Numbered from the whole stretch's first letter, positions 13,362 to 26,866 are shown. The stretch is 60,544 bases of DNA, filler included, from Nemertoderma westbladi (GCA_032718475.1; 3 parts of 3 records of this genome joined end to end with filler, not necessarily neighbours in it), one strand, 5' to 3'. Translations and numbers: made by a program. Notes: generated by a model not told the origin, from the sequence alone.

Positions 13362-13895
13362 ATTATCTTTCGAATGATATATTACACTAAGGTACATGTC
13401 TGGCAGTTTAGGCTGGCCAGGGGGGGGGGGGGGCAATCATTATGGAACACCCGGTAGTTCAGCGGCTCTCTAGTTATGTAATATATATTCGAGAACACTA
13501 AATTATTTAACATTGAGTATGGTAGCATCAGGAGTTTAAAAGTACAATAATTGGAATCGCAGTAACTATGGAAGCAATATAGTAAAATACTACAGTTCAC
13601 TTTATTTTATAACACTACATCGCTCTATCTTCTATTAAAGAATAGTACCAATTTAAGAACGACCTTATACATAAAAATTTCTTCACCTCAGTGAAAAAAG
13701 TTCTACTTTAACTTTTTCAAACCCATTGTTTTTTTTTATAATTTCACTAAAAAGTCTAAATATTTGTAGTTTCCTATTTTGCTAGACAGCCAGCCACTAT
13801 AATTAATTGTGAGTCAGTTTTTCACGTTACTTCACAGTAAATATAATTTATTTCTTCTTTACTTAACGGTTTTATATTATTATGTTTTGTTTCAG

Positions 13896-14021
13896 ACGCG
13901 GGAGAAACAAAATCAGGCGCACGAAATTAAAATCAATGACTTAGAATCATCTGCGGTTTCGTTAAGATCAGCCAACAAAAGTCTCGAACAGACCATAGTG
14001 GACATGCAACAGGCCAACCAG
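13896..14021 (+). CDS. ATG16L1: ATG16L1 coding exon 3 (coiled coil); downstream exons not found in the window
   Basis: ttttgtttcag acceptor; TREKQNQAHEIKINDLESSAVSLRSANKSLEQTIVDMQQANQ aligns with the ATG16L1 segment ending in ANQ; CAG|GTAAGT donor; phase 0/0. Confidence 0.85.
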
Positions 14022-17000
14022 GTAAGTAAAGTGCCCAGACCATAGTGGACATGCAACAGGCCAACCAGGTAAGTAAAGTGCCACAGACCATAGTGGACAT
14101 GCAACAGGCCAACCAGGTAAGTAAAGTGCCCAGACCATAGTGGACATGCAACAGGCCAACCAGGTAAGTAAAGTGCCCAGACCATAGTGGACATGCAACA
14201 GGCCAAACAGGCAAGTGAAGTCTCGAATAGACCATAGTGGACATGCAACAGGCCAACCAGGTAAGTAAAGTGCCCAGACCATAGTGGACATGCAACAGGC
14301 CAACCAGGTAAGTAAAGTCTCGAACAGACCATAGTGGACATGCAACAGGCCAACCAGGTAAGTAAAGTGCCCAGACCATAGTGGACATGCAACAGGCCAA
14401 CCAGGTAAGTAAAGTGCCACAGACCATAGTGGACATGCAACAGGCCAACCAGGTCAGTAAAGTGCCACAGACCATAGTGGACATGCAACAGGCCAACCAG
14501 GTCAGTAAAGTCTCGAACAGACCATAGTGGACATGCAACAGGCCAACCAGGTAAGTAAAGTGCCCAGACCATAGTGGACATGCAACAGGCCAACCAGGTA
14601 AGTAAAGTGCCACAGACCATAGTGGACATGCAACAGGTCAACCAGGTCAGTAAAGTCTCGAACAGACCATAGTGGACATGCAACAGGCCAACCAGGTCAG
14701 TAAAGTCTCGAACAGACCATAGTGGACATGCAACAGGCCAACCAGGTAAGTAAAGTGCCACAGACCATAGTGGACATGCAACAGGCCAACCAGGTCAGTA
14801 AAGTCTCGAACAGACCATAGTGGACATGCAACAGGCCAACCAGGTAAGTAAAGTGCCCAGACCATAGTGGACATGCAACAGGCCAACCAGGTAAGTAAAG
14901 TGCCCAGACCATAGTGGACATGCAACAGGCCAACCAGGTAAGTAAAGTGCCCTGACTATAGTGGACATGCAACAGGCCAACCAGGTAAGTAAAGTGCCCA
15001 GACCATAGTGGACATGCAACAGGCCAACCAGGTAAGTAAAGTGCCCTGACTATAGTGGACATGCAACAGGCCAACCAGGTCAGTAAAGTGCCACAGACCA
15101 TAGTGGACATGCAACAGGCCAACCAGGTCAGTAAAGTCTCGAACAGACCATAGTGGACATGCAACAGGCCAACCAGATAAGTAAAGTGCCACAGACCATA
15201 GTGGACATGCAACAGGCCAACCAGGTAAGTAAAGTGCCACAGACCATAGTGGACATGCTACAGGTCAACCAGGTAAGTAAAGTGCCACAGACCATAGTGG
15301 ACATGCAACAGGCCAACCAGGTAAGTAAAGTGCCACAGACCATAGTGGACATGCAACAGGCCAAACAGGTAAGTAAAGTGCCCAGACCATAGTGGACATG
15401 CAACAGGCCAACCAGGTCAGTAAAGTCTCGAACAGACCATAGTGGACATGCAACAGGCCAACCAGGTAAGTAAAGTGCCACAGACCATAGTGGACATGCA
15501 ACAGGCCAACCAGGTCAGTAAAGTCTCGAACAGACCATAGTGGACATGCAACAGGCCAACCAGGTAAGTAAAGTGCCCAGACCATAGTGGACATGCAACA
15601 GGCCAACCAGGTAAGTAAAGTGCCCTGACTATAGTGGACATGCAACAGGCCAACCAGGCAAGTAAAGTGCCCAGACCATAGTGGACATGCAACAGGCCAA
15701 CCAGGTCAGTAAAGTCTCGAACAGACCATAGTGGACATGCAACAGGCCAACCAGGTAAGTAAAGTGCCACAGACCATAGTGGACATGCAACAGGCCAACC
15801 AGGTCAGTAAAGTGCCCAGACCATAGTGGACATGCAACAGGTCAACCAGGTAAGTAAAGTGCCACAGACCATAGTGGACATGCAACAGGCCAACCAGGTA
15901 AGTAAAGTCTCGAACAGACCATAGTGGACATGCAACAGGCCAACCAGGTAAGTAAAGTGCCCAGACCATAGTGGACATGCAACAGGCCAACCAGGTAAGT
16001 AAAGTGCCCTGACTATAGTGGACATGCAACAGGCCAACCAGGTAAGTAAAGTCTCGAACAGACCATAGTGGACATGCAACAGGCCAATCAGGTAAGTAAA
16101 GTCTCGAACAGACCATAGTGGACATGCAACAGGCCAACCAGGTAAGTAAAGTCTCGAACAGACCATAGTGGACATGCAACAGGCCAACCAGGTAAGTAAA
16201 GTGCCACAGACCATAGTGGACATGCAACAGGCCAACCAGGTCAGTAAAGTGCCCAGACCATAGTGGACATGCAACAGGTCAACCAGGTAAGTAAAGTGCC
16301 CAGACCATAGTGGACATGCAACAGGCCAACCAGGTAAGTAAAGTGCCCTGACTATAGTGGACATGCAACAGGCCAACCAGGTAAGTAAAGTCTCGAACAG
16401 ACCATAGTGGACATGCAACAGGCCAACCAGGTAAGTAAAGTGCCCAGACCATAGTGGACATGCAACAGGTCAATCAGGTAAGTAAAGTGCCACAGACCAT
16501 AGTGGACATGCAACAGGCCAACCAGGTAAGTAAAGTGCCCAGACCATAGTGGACATGCAACAGGCCAACCAGGTAAGTAAAGTCTCGAACAGACCATAGT
16601 GGACATGCAACAGGCCAACCAGGTAAGTAAAGTGCCGCAGACCATAGTGGACAGGACATGCAACAGGCCAACCAGGTAAGTAAAGTGCCCAGACCATAGT
16701 GGACATGCAACAGGCCAACCAGGTAAGTAAAGTCTCGAACAGACCATAGTGGACATGCAACAGGCCAACCAGGTAAGTAAAGTGCCCTGACTATAGTGGA
16801 CATGCAACAGGCCAACCAGGTCAGTAAAGTCTCGAACAGACCATAGTGGACATGCAACAGGCCAACCAGGTAAGTAAAGTGCCCAGACCATAGTGGACAT
16901 GCAACAGGCCAACCAGGTAAGTAAAGTCTCGAACAGACCATAGTGGGCATGCAACAGGCCAAACAGGCAAGTAAAGTGCCCAGACCATAGTGGACATGCA

Positions 17001-20000
17001 ACAGGCCAACCAGGTAAGTAAAGTGCCCAGACCATAGTGGACATGCAACAGGCCAACCAGGTAAGTAAAGTGCCCTGACTATAGTGGACATGCAACAGGC
17101 CAACCAGGTAAGTAAAGTGCCCAGACCATAGTGGACATGCAACAGGCCAACCAGGTAAGTAAAGTGCCCAGACCATAGTGGACATGCAACAGGCCAACCA
17201 GGTAAGTAAAGTGCCCTGACTATAGTGGACATGCAACAGGCCAACCAGGTAAGTAAAGTGCCCAGACCATAGTGGACATGCAACAGGCCAACCAGGTAAG
17301 TAAAGTCTCGAACAGACCATAGTGGACATGCAACAGGCCAACCAGGTAAGTAAAGTGCCCAGACCATAGTGGACATGCAACAGGCCAACCAGGTAAGTAA
17401 AGTGCCCTGACTATAGTGGACATGCAACAGGTCAACCAGGTAAGTAAAGTGCCACAGACCATAGTGGACATGCAACAGGCCAACCAGGTAAGTAAAGTGC
17501 CCAGACCATAGTGGACATGCAACAGGCCAACCAGGTAAGTAAAGTCTCGAACAGACCATAGTGGACATGCAACAGGCCAACCAGGTAAGTAAAGTGCCAC
17601 AGACCATAGTGGACATGCAACAGGCCAACCAGGTAAGTAAAGTGCCCAGACCATAGTGGACATGCAACAGGCCAACCAGGTAAGTAAAGTGCCCAGACCA
17701 TAGTGGACATGCAACAGGCCAACCAGGTAAGTAAAGTCTCGAACACACCATAGTGGACATGCAACAGGCCAACCAGGTAAGTAAAGTGCCCAGACCATAG
17801 TGGACATGCAACAGGCCAACCAGGTAAGTAAAGTGCCCAGACCATAGTGGACATGCAACAGGTCAACCAGGTAAGTAAAGTGCCCAGACCATAGTGGACA
17901 TGCAACAGGCCAACCAGGTAAGTAAAGTCTCGAATAGACCATAGTGGACATGCAACAGGCCAACCAGGTAAGTAAAGTGCCCAGACCATAGTGGACATGC
18001 AACAGGCCAACCAGGTAAGTAAAGTGCCCAGACCATAGTGGACATGCAACAGGCCAAACAGGCAAGTAAAGTGCCCAGACCATAGTGGACATGCAACAGG
18101 CCAACCAGGTAAGTAAAGTGCCCAGACCATAGTGGACATGCAACAGGCCAACCAGGTAAGTAAAGTGCCACAGACCATAGTGGACATGCAACAGGCCAAC
18201 CAGGTAAGTAAAGTGCCACAGACCATAGTGGACATGCAACAGGCCAACCAGGTAAGTAAAGTGCCCAGACCATAGTGGACATGCAACAGGCCAACCAGGT
18301 AAGTAAAGTGCCACAGACCATAGTGGACATGCAACAGGCCAACCAGGTAAGTAAAGTGCCCAGACCATAGTGGACATGCAACAGGCCAACCAGGTAAGTA
18401 AAGTGCCCAGACCATAGTGGACATGCAACAGGCCAACCAGGTAAGTAAAGTGCCCAGACCATAGTGGACATGCAACAGGCCAACCAGGTAAGTAAAGTGC
18501 CACAGACCATAGTGGACATGCAACAGGCCAACCAGGTCAAGTAAAGTGCCCAGACCATAGTGGACATGCAACAGGCCAACCAGGAAGTAAGTGCCCAGAC
18601 CATAGTGGACATGCAACAGGCCAACCAGGTAAGTAAAGTGCCCAGACCATAGTGGACATGCAACAGGCCAACCAGGTAAGTAAAGTGCCCAGACCATAGT
18701 GGACATGCAACAGGCCAACCAGGTAAGTAAAGTGCCACAGACCATAGTGGACATGCAACAGGCCAAACAGGTCAAGTAAAGTGCCCAGACCATAGTGGAC
18801 ATGCAACAGGCCAACCAGGTAAGTAAAGTGCCACAGACCATAGTGGACATGCAACAGGCCAACCAGGTAAGTAAAGTGCCCAGACCATAGTGGACATGCA
18901 ACAGGCCAACCAGGTAAGTAAAGTGCCCAGACCATAGTGGACATGCAACAGGCCAACCAGGTAAGTAAAGTGCCACAGACCATAGTGGACATGCAACAGG
19001 CCAACCAGGTAAGTAAAGTGCCCAGACCATAGTGGACATGCAACAGGCCAACCAGGTAAGTAAAGTGCCCAGACCATAGTGGACATGCAACAGGCCAACC
19101 AGGTAAGTAAAGTGCCACAGACCATAGTGGACATGCAACAGGCCAACCAGGTAAGTAAAGTGCCACAGACCATAGTGGACATGCAACAGGCCAACCAGGT
19201 AAGTAAAGTGCCACAGACCATAGTGGACATGCAACAGGCCAACCAGGTAAGTAAAGTGCCACAGACCATAGTGGACATGCAACAGGCCAACCAGGTAAGT
19301 AAAGTGCCCAGACCATAGTGGACATGCAACAGGCCAACCAGGTAAGTAAAGTGCCCAGACCATAGTGGACATGCAACAGGCCAACCAGGTAAGTAAAGTG
19401 CCACAGACCATAGTGGACATGCAACAGGCCAACCAGGTAAGTAAAGTGCCACAGACCATAGTGGACATGCAACAGGCCAACCAGGTAAGTAAAGTGCCCA
19501 GACCATAGTGGACATGCAACAGGCCAACCAGGTAAGTAAAGTCTCGAACAGACCATAGTGGACATGCAACAGGCCAACCAGGTAAGTAAAGTGCCCAGAC
19601 CATAGTGGACATGCAACAGGCCAACCAGGTCAGTAAAGTGCTCGAACAGACCATAGTGGACATGCAACAGGCCAACCAGGTAAGTAAAGTGCCCAGACCA
19701 TAGTGGACATGCAACAGGTCAACCAGGTAAGTAAAGTGCCCTGACTATAGTGGACATGCAACAGGCCAACCAGGTAAGTAAAGTCTCGAACAGACCATAG
19801 TGGACATGCAACAGGCCAACCAGGTAAGTAAAGTGCCCAGACCATAGTGGACATGCAACAGGCCAACCAGGTAAGTAAAGTGCCCAGACCATAGTGGACA
19901 TGCAACAGGCCAACCAGGTAAGTAAAGTGCCACAGACCATAGTGGACATGCAACAGGCCAACCAGGTAAGTAAAGTGCCACAGACCATAGTGGACATGCA

Positions 20001-20970
20001 ACAGGCCAACCAGGTAAGTAAAGTGCCCAGACCATAGTGGACATGCAACAGGCCAACCAGGTAAGTAAAGTGCCACAGACCATAGTGGACATGCAACAGG
20101 CCAACCAGGTAAGTAAAGTGCCACAGACCATAGTGGACATGCAACAGGCCAACCAGGTAAGTAAAGTGCCCAGACCATAGTGGACATGCAACAGGCCAAC
20201 CAGGTAAGTAAAGTGCCCAGACCATAGTGGACATGCAACAGGCCAACCAGGTAAGTAAAGTGCCCAGACCATAGTGGACATGCAACAGGCCAACCAGGTA
20301 AGTAAAGTGCCCAGACCATAGTGGACATGCAACAGGCCAACCAGGTAAGTAAAGTGCCCAGACCATAGTGGACATGCAACAGGCCAACCAGGTAAGTAAA
20401 GTGCCCAGACCATAGTGGACATGCAACAGGCCAACCAGGTAAGTAAAGTGCCCAGACCATAGTGGACATGCAACAGGCCAACCAGGTAAGTAAAGTGCCC
20501 AGACCATAGTGGACATGCAACAGGCCAACCAGGTAAGTAAAGTGCCCAGACCATAGTGGACATGCAACAGGCCAACCAGGTAAGTAAAGTGCCCAGACCA
20601 TAGTGGACATGCAACAGGCCAACCAGGTAAGTAAAGTGCCCAGACCATAGTGGACATGCAACAGGCCAACCAGGTAAGTAAAGTGCCACAGACCATAGTG
20701 GACATGCAACAGGCCAACCAGGTAAGTAAAGTGCCCAGACCATAGTGGACATGCAACAGGCCAACCAGGTAAGTAAAGTGCCCAGACCATAGTGGACATG
20801 CAACAGGCCAACCAGGTAAGTAAAGTGCCCAGACCATAGTGGACATGCAACAGGCCAACCAGGTAAGTAAAGTGCCCAGACCATAGTGGACATGCAACAG
20901 GCCAACCAGGTAAGTAAAGTCTCGAACAGACCATAGTGGACATGCAACAGGCCAACCAGGTAAGTAAAGT
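13978..20970 (+). repeat. Minisatellite of ~145 copies (47/48/50-bp units) derived from the ATG16L1 exon 3 / intron 3 junction
   Basis: Unit is ACCATAGTGGACATGCAACAGGCCAACCAG + gtaagtaaagt + one of gcccag, gccacag, ctcgaacag or gccctg. Copy number estimated from length divided by unit size. Confidence 0.98.
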
Positions 20971-21682
20971 GGCATTTGGTGAATATTAATAATATAGGTT
21001 CAATTTGAGTAAAATTATTTTTTGTAGAATTGCTGTGGGGCCGGACGCCATAAACATAAAATAATTGGAACGTAATTCAATTGCTTTAATTATAATTAAT
21101 TATAATTATCATTATAAGATAATATAATTTAATTGCAATCAATAAAATTAAACACGTTCGTGAGGCCTTCGCGCAGCACGAGAATGGTTAACCTGAGAAT
21201 GATAAGCTGTATTACCGGTACCGACTGACAAACTGTCTGATTTTTGACCAATCTTCGGATTCTTTCTTAACTTTGACGGACTACATACGTACCCAGTTTG
21301 GTTTAATTTCAAGGAATGACCGAGTTATTAGCGCTCAAAAGTTAGACAACGACAACAAACACCTCGTTAGTGGTACCCCTCTGCTAAGGTTTCGCCAATT
21401 TCGTGGCTAGCCCCACAAGTATACTGTCATACATGCCATGCAATATAATATAGGGCCCAATTATTTTGTTCATTAGGCATTAGTGGACGAGCACCAAACA
21501 CTACACCTGCTCTGCACCACAGCTGAACAAGAATTAAAAAAAGTGAAAATTGAAAACTTCGATCTGGTTAATCGTTGGGTGGAACAAAAACGAAAGTAAG
21601 TTTTTTGTGATAAATATTTTGTTATTTAGATAATAAATTGTTCTCAGGAACATATATTCAAATAAATATGATTTATAAATAA

Positions 21683-21800
21683 GGGGCCATCCATAATTGA
21701 CGTCACGCTGGACAGCGGGCGGGGGGTGAGGTATGATATTTCGTGACGATTTGTGACGTGGGGGGAGGGAGGGTGTCCGCAATGTCGTGACGTCACATTG
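21683..21800. mobile_element. Probable PIF/Harbinger-type MITE terminus (partial)
   Basis: taa|ggggccatccataattgacgtcacgc followed by gtgacg subrepeats; opposite end not seen. Confidence 0.4.
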
Positions 21801-22200
21801 TAAGTTTCCGATAAAAGTACTGTATATTAAATGCATGGAAACGTGAATACTTTCAGGGTACCATCAGTAGTAAGAAAATGCCACTCAACCATTGTTTGGT
21901 ACAAGTTCACTGCAGTATTTCTATGGTTCAACCATATCATCAGCGTATACAATACACGAAGTGGGGACTTCGCGCAGCACGAAGTTGGCAGAGCCTTAGC
22001 GAATTGACACTGTTAGGGGGTAGGTCAATTTATGCAAATAGTCACGTTGGCCCTCTAGCGGCAGACTGGAGAACTGCAGATGGATTCGCCTCCTTTGAAA
22101 GTCACATCTAATGGTCTAATACATATCTGCCAAGTTTCAGCTTAAACGGATTAAAAGCAAAGAAATGGGAGGGCATTTAATGTTTAGACATGTGGCCCTC

Positions 22201-22300
22201 NNNNNNNNNNNNNNNNNNNNNNNNNNNNNNNNNNNNNNNNNNNNTTAATTAATTAANNNNNNNNNNNNNNNNNNNNNNNNNNNNNNNNNNNNNNNNNNNN
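22201..22300. other. Assembly gap with artificial TTAATTAATTAA linker
   Basis: 100-bp block of Ns with a central 12-mer that gives stops in all frames; same design at 51417-51516. Confidence 0.97.
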
Positions 22301-23090
22301 GCACTATTTTAAAACAATATTTTAACCGATAATTTTTCGATTACAATTAACCATAGGCCTACATATGTATGTTTATCACATACGTACAGTAAAATTTATT
22401 TAACAAGGTACAATAAAATACGAACACGTAGTTTAAAACTTATCACATATTATGTATAGTAAAATTAACTCGGAGTATCAGTACGTAACTACAGTTTAAA
22501 AAGTAGTATCACATACATACAATGAAATTTATTTAACAAGGTACAATAAAATTTATTTAACAAGGTACAATAAAATACGAACACATAGTTTAAAACTTAT
22601 CACATATGTACAGTAAAATTAACTCGGATTAACATATGCATACATACGTATGTGATACTACTTTTTAAACTGTAGCTACGTAACAGATATATTTTAAACT
22701 GTAAATTTTATTTTATTTCAAGTTTAATGTATGTATATACGGTACACGTGATTTATTGTAAACTACTGTACAGAGTTAGACCATTTATGATACCTAGGCA
22801 AGACAATTTTATTATATAATTTCAAACATGTATTATACCATCCATTCATTTACATAATTTACATAAAACAATGTAAAATAAATTACCGGTAAATTGTGAT
22901 TTATATATATTATTTCAGTATTGTGCAGTATGTATTTTTTATATGGGAAAAAATTCAATCAATCAATCAATCAATCAAACATCGCGGTAACCTTTAGTCT
23001 CTTCACAGTAGGGTCTTCATTACTTCACTGGCTACACATAGTGAACTATCTACATCATGCCACGTACTTGTTTAGTATGCAAGTCAAAAG

Positions 23091-24451
23091 TACGGTGGCT
23101 GAATGTGGCCAATTTAATTAATTTTAAAATGGGAAATATAAAAGGAAATTAATGAAATATAATTCCTTAAAACAGGAATTAATCAAATATAATTCAACCC
23201 AAAACAGGAATTAATCAAATATAATTCAACCCAAAACAGGAATTAATCAAATATAATTCAACCCAAAACAGGAATTAATCAAATATAATTCAACCCAAAA
23301 CAGGAATTAATCAAATATAATTCAACCCAAAACAGGAATTAATCAAATATAATTCAACCCAAAACAGGAATTAATCAAATATAATTCAACCCAAAACAGA
23401 AATTAATCAAATATAATTCAACCAGAAACAGAATTTAATCAAATATAATTCAACCCAAAACAGGAATTAATCAAATATAATTCAACCACAAACAGAATTT
23501 AATCAAATATAATTCAACCCAAAACAGGAATTAATCAAATATAATTCAAACATTTTGGAGGGAAATTTAAAATACTGTCTCAGTGCAGTGCAGCAAATTG
23601 TCGTTTCCTTTTCAGTCTATCAGTGCAGTACTGCAGTAACGGTTGCCCGTACCTCTGTAAGCTTAGCTGCTTAGTTCTGTGGTTAGTTGTTAATCTTTTA
23701 ATCACTACTGACTACCAACAGACCGATACGACCTGACTACGGGGAAATCCGGCAGCTTTACCTTACCAATCTTCAGAAAGACCGGTAATTCCGTAGGATT
23801 AGTTAGTTCAGTAGTTGTATATAGAACTGTACTGCAGGTGTACTACTAGTATCTGCATGCTGCATTGCAGCTGCATTTTTAAGAATGCTGTGCCGGCTTG
23901 TCGACAAAATTGCGCCGCCACAACTCCCTATCACCCATGACATCATGACATTTTGTACTACCATCATTACGTAGATCGGTAGTCAGTAGTGCTGTAGTGA
24001 TTAAAAGATTAACAACTAACCACAGAACTAAGCAGCTAAGCTTACAGAGGTACGGGCAACCGTTACTGCAGTACTGCACTGATAGACTGAAAAGGAAACG
24101 ACAATTTGCTGCACTGCACTGAGACAGTATTTTAAATTTCCCTCCAAAATGTTTGACTTATATTTGATTAATTCCTGTTTTGGGTTGAATTATATTTGAT
24201 TAAATTCTGTTTGTGGTTGAATTATATTTGATTAATTCCTGTTTTGGGTTGAATTATATTTGATTAAATTCTGTTTCTGGTTGAATTATATTTGATTAAT
24301 TTCTGTTTTGGGTTGAATTATATTTGATTAATTCCTGTTTTGGGTTGAATTATATTTGATTAATTCCTGTTTTAAGGAATTATATTTCATTAATTTCCTT
24401 TTATATTTCCCATTTTAAAATTAATTAAATTGGCCACATTCAGCCACCGTA
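23091..24451. mobile_element. Foldback non-autonomous DNA transposon, IS3EU-like termini
   Basis: Long inverted arms starting TACGGTGGCTGAATGTGGCC and ending GGCCACATTCAGCCACCGTA; 6-bp TSD CAAAAG at 23085-23090 and 24452-24457; 32-bp tandem repeats in both arms (~12 left, ~7 right). Confidence 0.88.
23843..23943 (-). mobile_element. 3'-end fragment of the RTE-like LINE in the centre of the foldback element
   Basis: Matches the LINE 3' end (VMGDRELWRRNFVDKPAQHS*, gcagctgcaatgcagcatg, TAG tail). Confidence 0.85.
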
Positions 24452-26866
24452 CAAAAGACCATTTGCACCGGTTTCCTATTGATGTTGCTGTTTGCAATGA
24501 ATGGAAACAAGCGATTCGTCAGGGGCTGAATACGCCAGGTAAGGATTTTATTATTATATCATGCATGAAATGTTCTACGACATGTTATCTATTTGGTACT
24601 ACTATAGTATGTGTGTAGCCATGGTACAGCAAATTTATAAAATTTGTATGTCTTTTTATTTGGTTTTATTGCATTTTATTATGTTCTAGAACATTTGTGA
24701 TTGTTCTAGAACCTTAGTAGACATTTTTTCTACCATCTAGTAGTATTTTTTTCACTGGCTAGTATTTTTGAAAATAAAGAAAATAATATTTTATTTAGTG
24801 TTTTTTAATATTGGAAAACATTCTAGAATCAATGATTTCACATTTTTTTATAATTTCAAAAAATACTAGCTAGTTAAAAAAAACGGCTATCCGTATGCCA
24901 CATGCGTATGCGTATGTTCCTTAATCATTGTTACTATGGCTTCAATATTAGTTATAGAACAACATATAAAAGTTATTTAACTATTCTAGAATAAAATAAA
25001 AAATAAAATGATCTAGAACATATAGCTATAGTTATTTTTTCGATTTTTTCGATTTTTTGATTCGAGTTCAGTAGTAATTAGTTTACATTGCAATGTGAAA
25101 TATAAATACTGGCACGGGCGGAACACTAGCCGTATAAATTATTTTAGATTAATATTTTTGTTAGGTCGAGAATTCGATTACGATAAAGATCGAATTTGTA
25201 AAGTTCACTTCGAGCCGAAGGATTTTATGATGAACAGAAATTTGCAGTTTCGAAGTTCCAATCTCAAAAAGGAATCAATTCCATCAATATTTACATTGGC
25301 TGTGCAATTACCATCCCCACTACGCAAGTCACCAACTAAACGAAAAGTTGATCCCACACTATACAACCTACTCAAAAATAGAAAATTAGTTGAAGACAAA
25401 TTGGAGTGGCAGTTGGGAAATATAAAGAAATGGATTGAAGACGAGGATGTTTTTAAGAATAGAGAGGTACATGCGTGTAAGTGTGATGTTGAAAGTGAAG
25501 ATGGAATTATGATTTATGAAATTTCCCCCGAAAATCTAAAACTGAATTACTTCCTTAAGATCTCAACGACGTACTTTATTGTTTCTCAAAATACCTCTAA
25601 AATACCCCTCGTTAATTTTAGCTATTTACCACGTAACAAAAGTGGGTATAATAAAGTTCAGAAGAAAAGCGTTTTGCTTAGGCTAATGAATGAGGTCAAG
25701 TTTCATTCATTGCCTAATTTTGACTCAGATTTCATGAAATTTCTAGACGAGTACCGCAATTATAAAAAGATAGGAATATACCCCAAGAATATCATTAGAA
25801 AGTGTCTTATTCTACGTTATAAGAGCAGCAGGAATGGATATAAAGAGCTCTTGAAGCTGATGCCGAACCTACCCAGCATTTCATTCTTTGAAAAGTTGAC
25901 AAGAGGTGATGTAAAAGTTTATACACTTCTAAAGAGCATTGGTATGGATCAGAATGTTGTAATATACGCGGATGAAATTTACTTACAGAGAAAATCAATA
26001 TTTAGTGCAGGAGGTATTATTGAATCACCAAAGACCCTGCTGGATATTATGGTAAGAGGTCTAAGTGGGGGAAATGGAATAATTGTCAAGTCAGTGCCAT
26101 GTTACGAGACATTAACTGGAGACATGTTGATAAAAGAATTCAAGGAAGTTGTGAAACATTTAAAAGAGGCCGAGTTTCAGCCACGAGTGTTTGTTACTGA
26201 TGGCCTTTCAGTTAATGTCAATGCTTACACAAAGATTATATATGAACCAGAGCTTTGTGATATAATTCCGTTGTTTGATTATAATCACCTCATGAAGAAT
26301 ACACGAAATAACTTATTTAACACCGACATATTTTATCCTCCTGAATTTAAGTGGAGTTATATGAATGACGTATTTCAAATAGGAGCAAATGCTAAAGTGT
26401 CGATGTCTGATGTTCGTATGGTGTATCAGATGGATACAGAGAGAATTAATTGTGATTCTTCAGTCAATCTGCGAAAAGCCCACAAGCTGGTGGTCGCTTC
26501 CTTGTAAGTCTGCGGGAAGCCACTAACTCAAACAAGATAATTCAAATCAAAGAAGCTCTACAATTTATTTAAATATATTTAATATATATATATATTAATA
26601 GATTTTACCTCGTTGCTATAGTTACCTGTGCTAGAAATAAAAATAAATAGGATAAAAATAAATAGGGTAGTAGATGGAAAAAATAATTAATTCATGGCAA
26701 AACCTAGAAATTTTATGTTTGCCCGGTTTCCATGGAAACGCTCCGGTCAAATTTGCTTAAATTTTTTTTCTGAGGTTTCTATGGCATATACTACCATTTA
26801 TTGAAAAAAATTTCGGGGCCGAAAAAATAACACTAATGCGGTTCCGTGTATATTTAGTATTCCATG

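Larger units (their letters stand above)
23057..26507 (+). pseudogene. THAP-domain P-element-type (THAP9-like) transposase, interrupted in exon 1 and 3'-truncated
   Basis: Joining 23057-23090 + 24458-24538 + 25165-26507 gives MPRTCLVCKSKDHLHRFP...W...RICKVHFEPKDF...LKKESIPSIF (THAP) and then YADEIYL, FVTDGLSVN and LFDYNHLMKNTRNNL (P-transposase motifs). Phase-1 GT-AG intron at 24539-25164. Confidence 0.85.

Noticed and set aside
13978-20970. CRISPR-like appearance (constant repeat plus variable spacer)
   Set aside because: Only about four short recurring spacer types, no cas genes, eukaryotic context, and the repeat is exon sequence.
13913-20975. Many long minus-strand ORFs (up to 760 aa)
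   Set aside because: The antisense repeat unit lacks stop codons, so all three frames give the same cyclic peptide; this is a repeat artefact.
22245-22256. TTAATTAATTAA palindrome within Ns
   Set aside because: Artificial scaffolding linker, repeated identically at the second gap.
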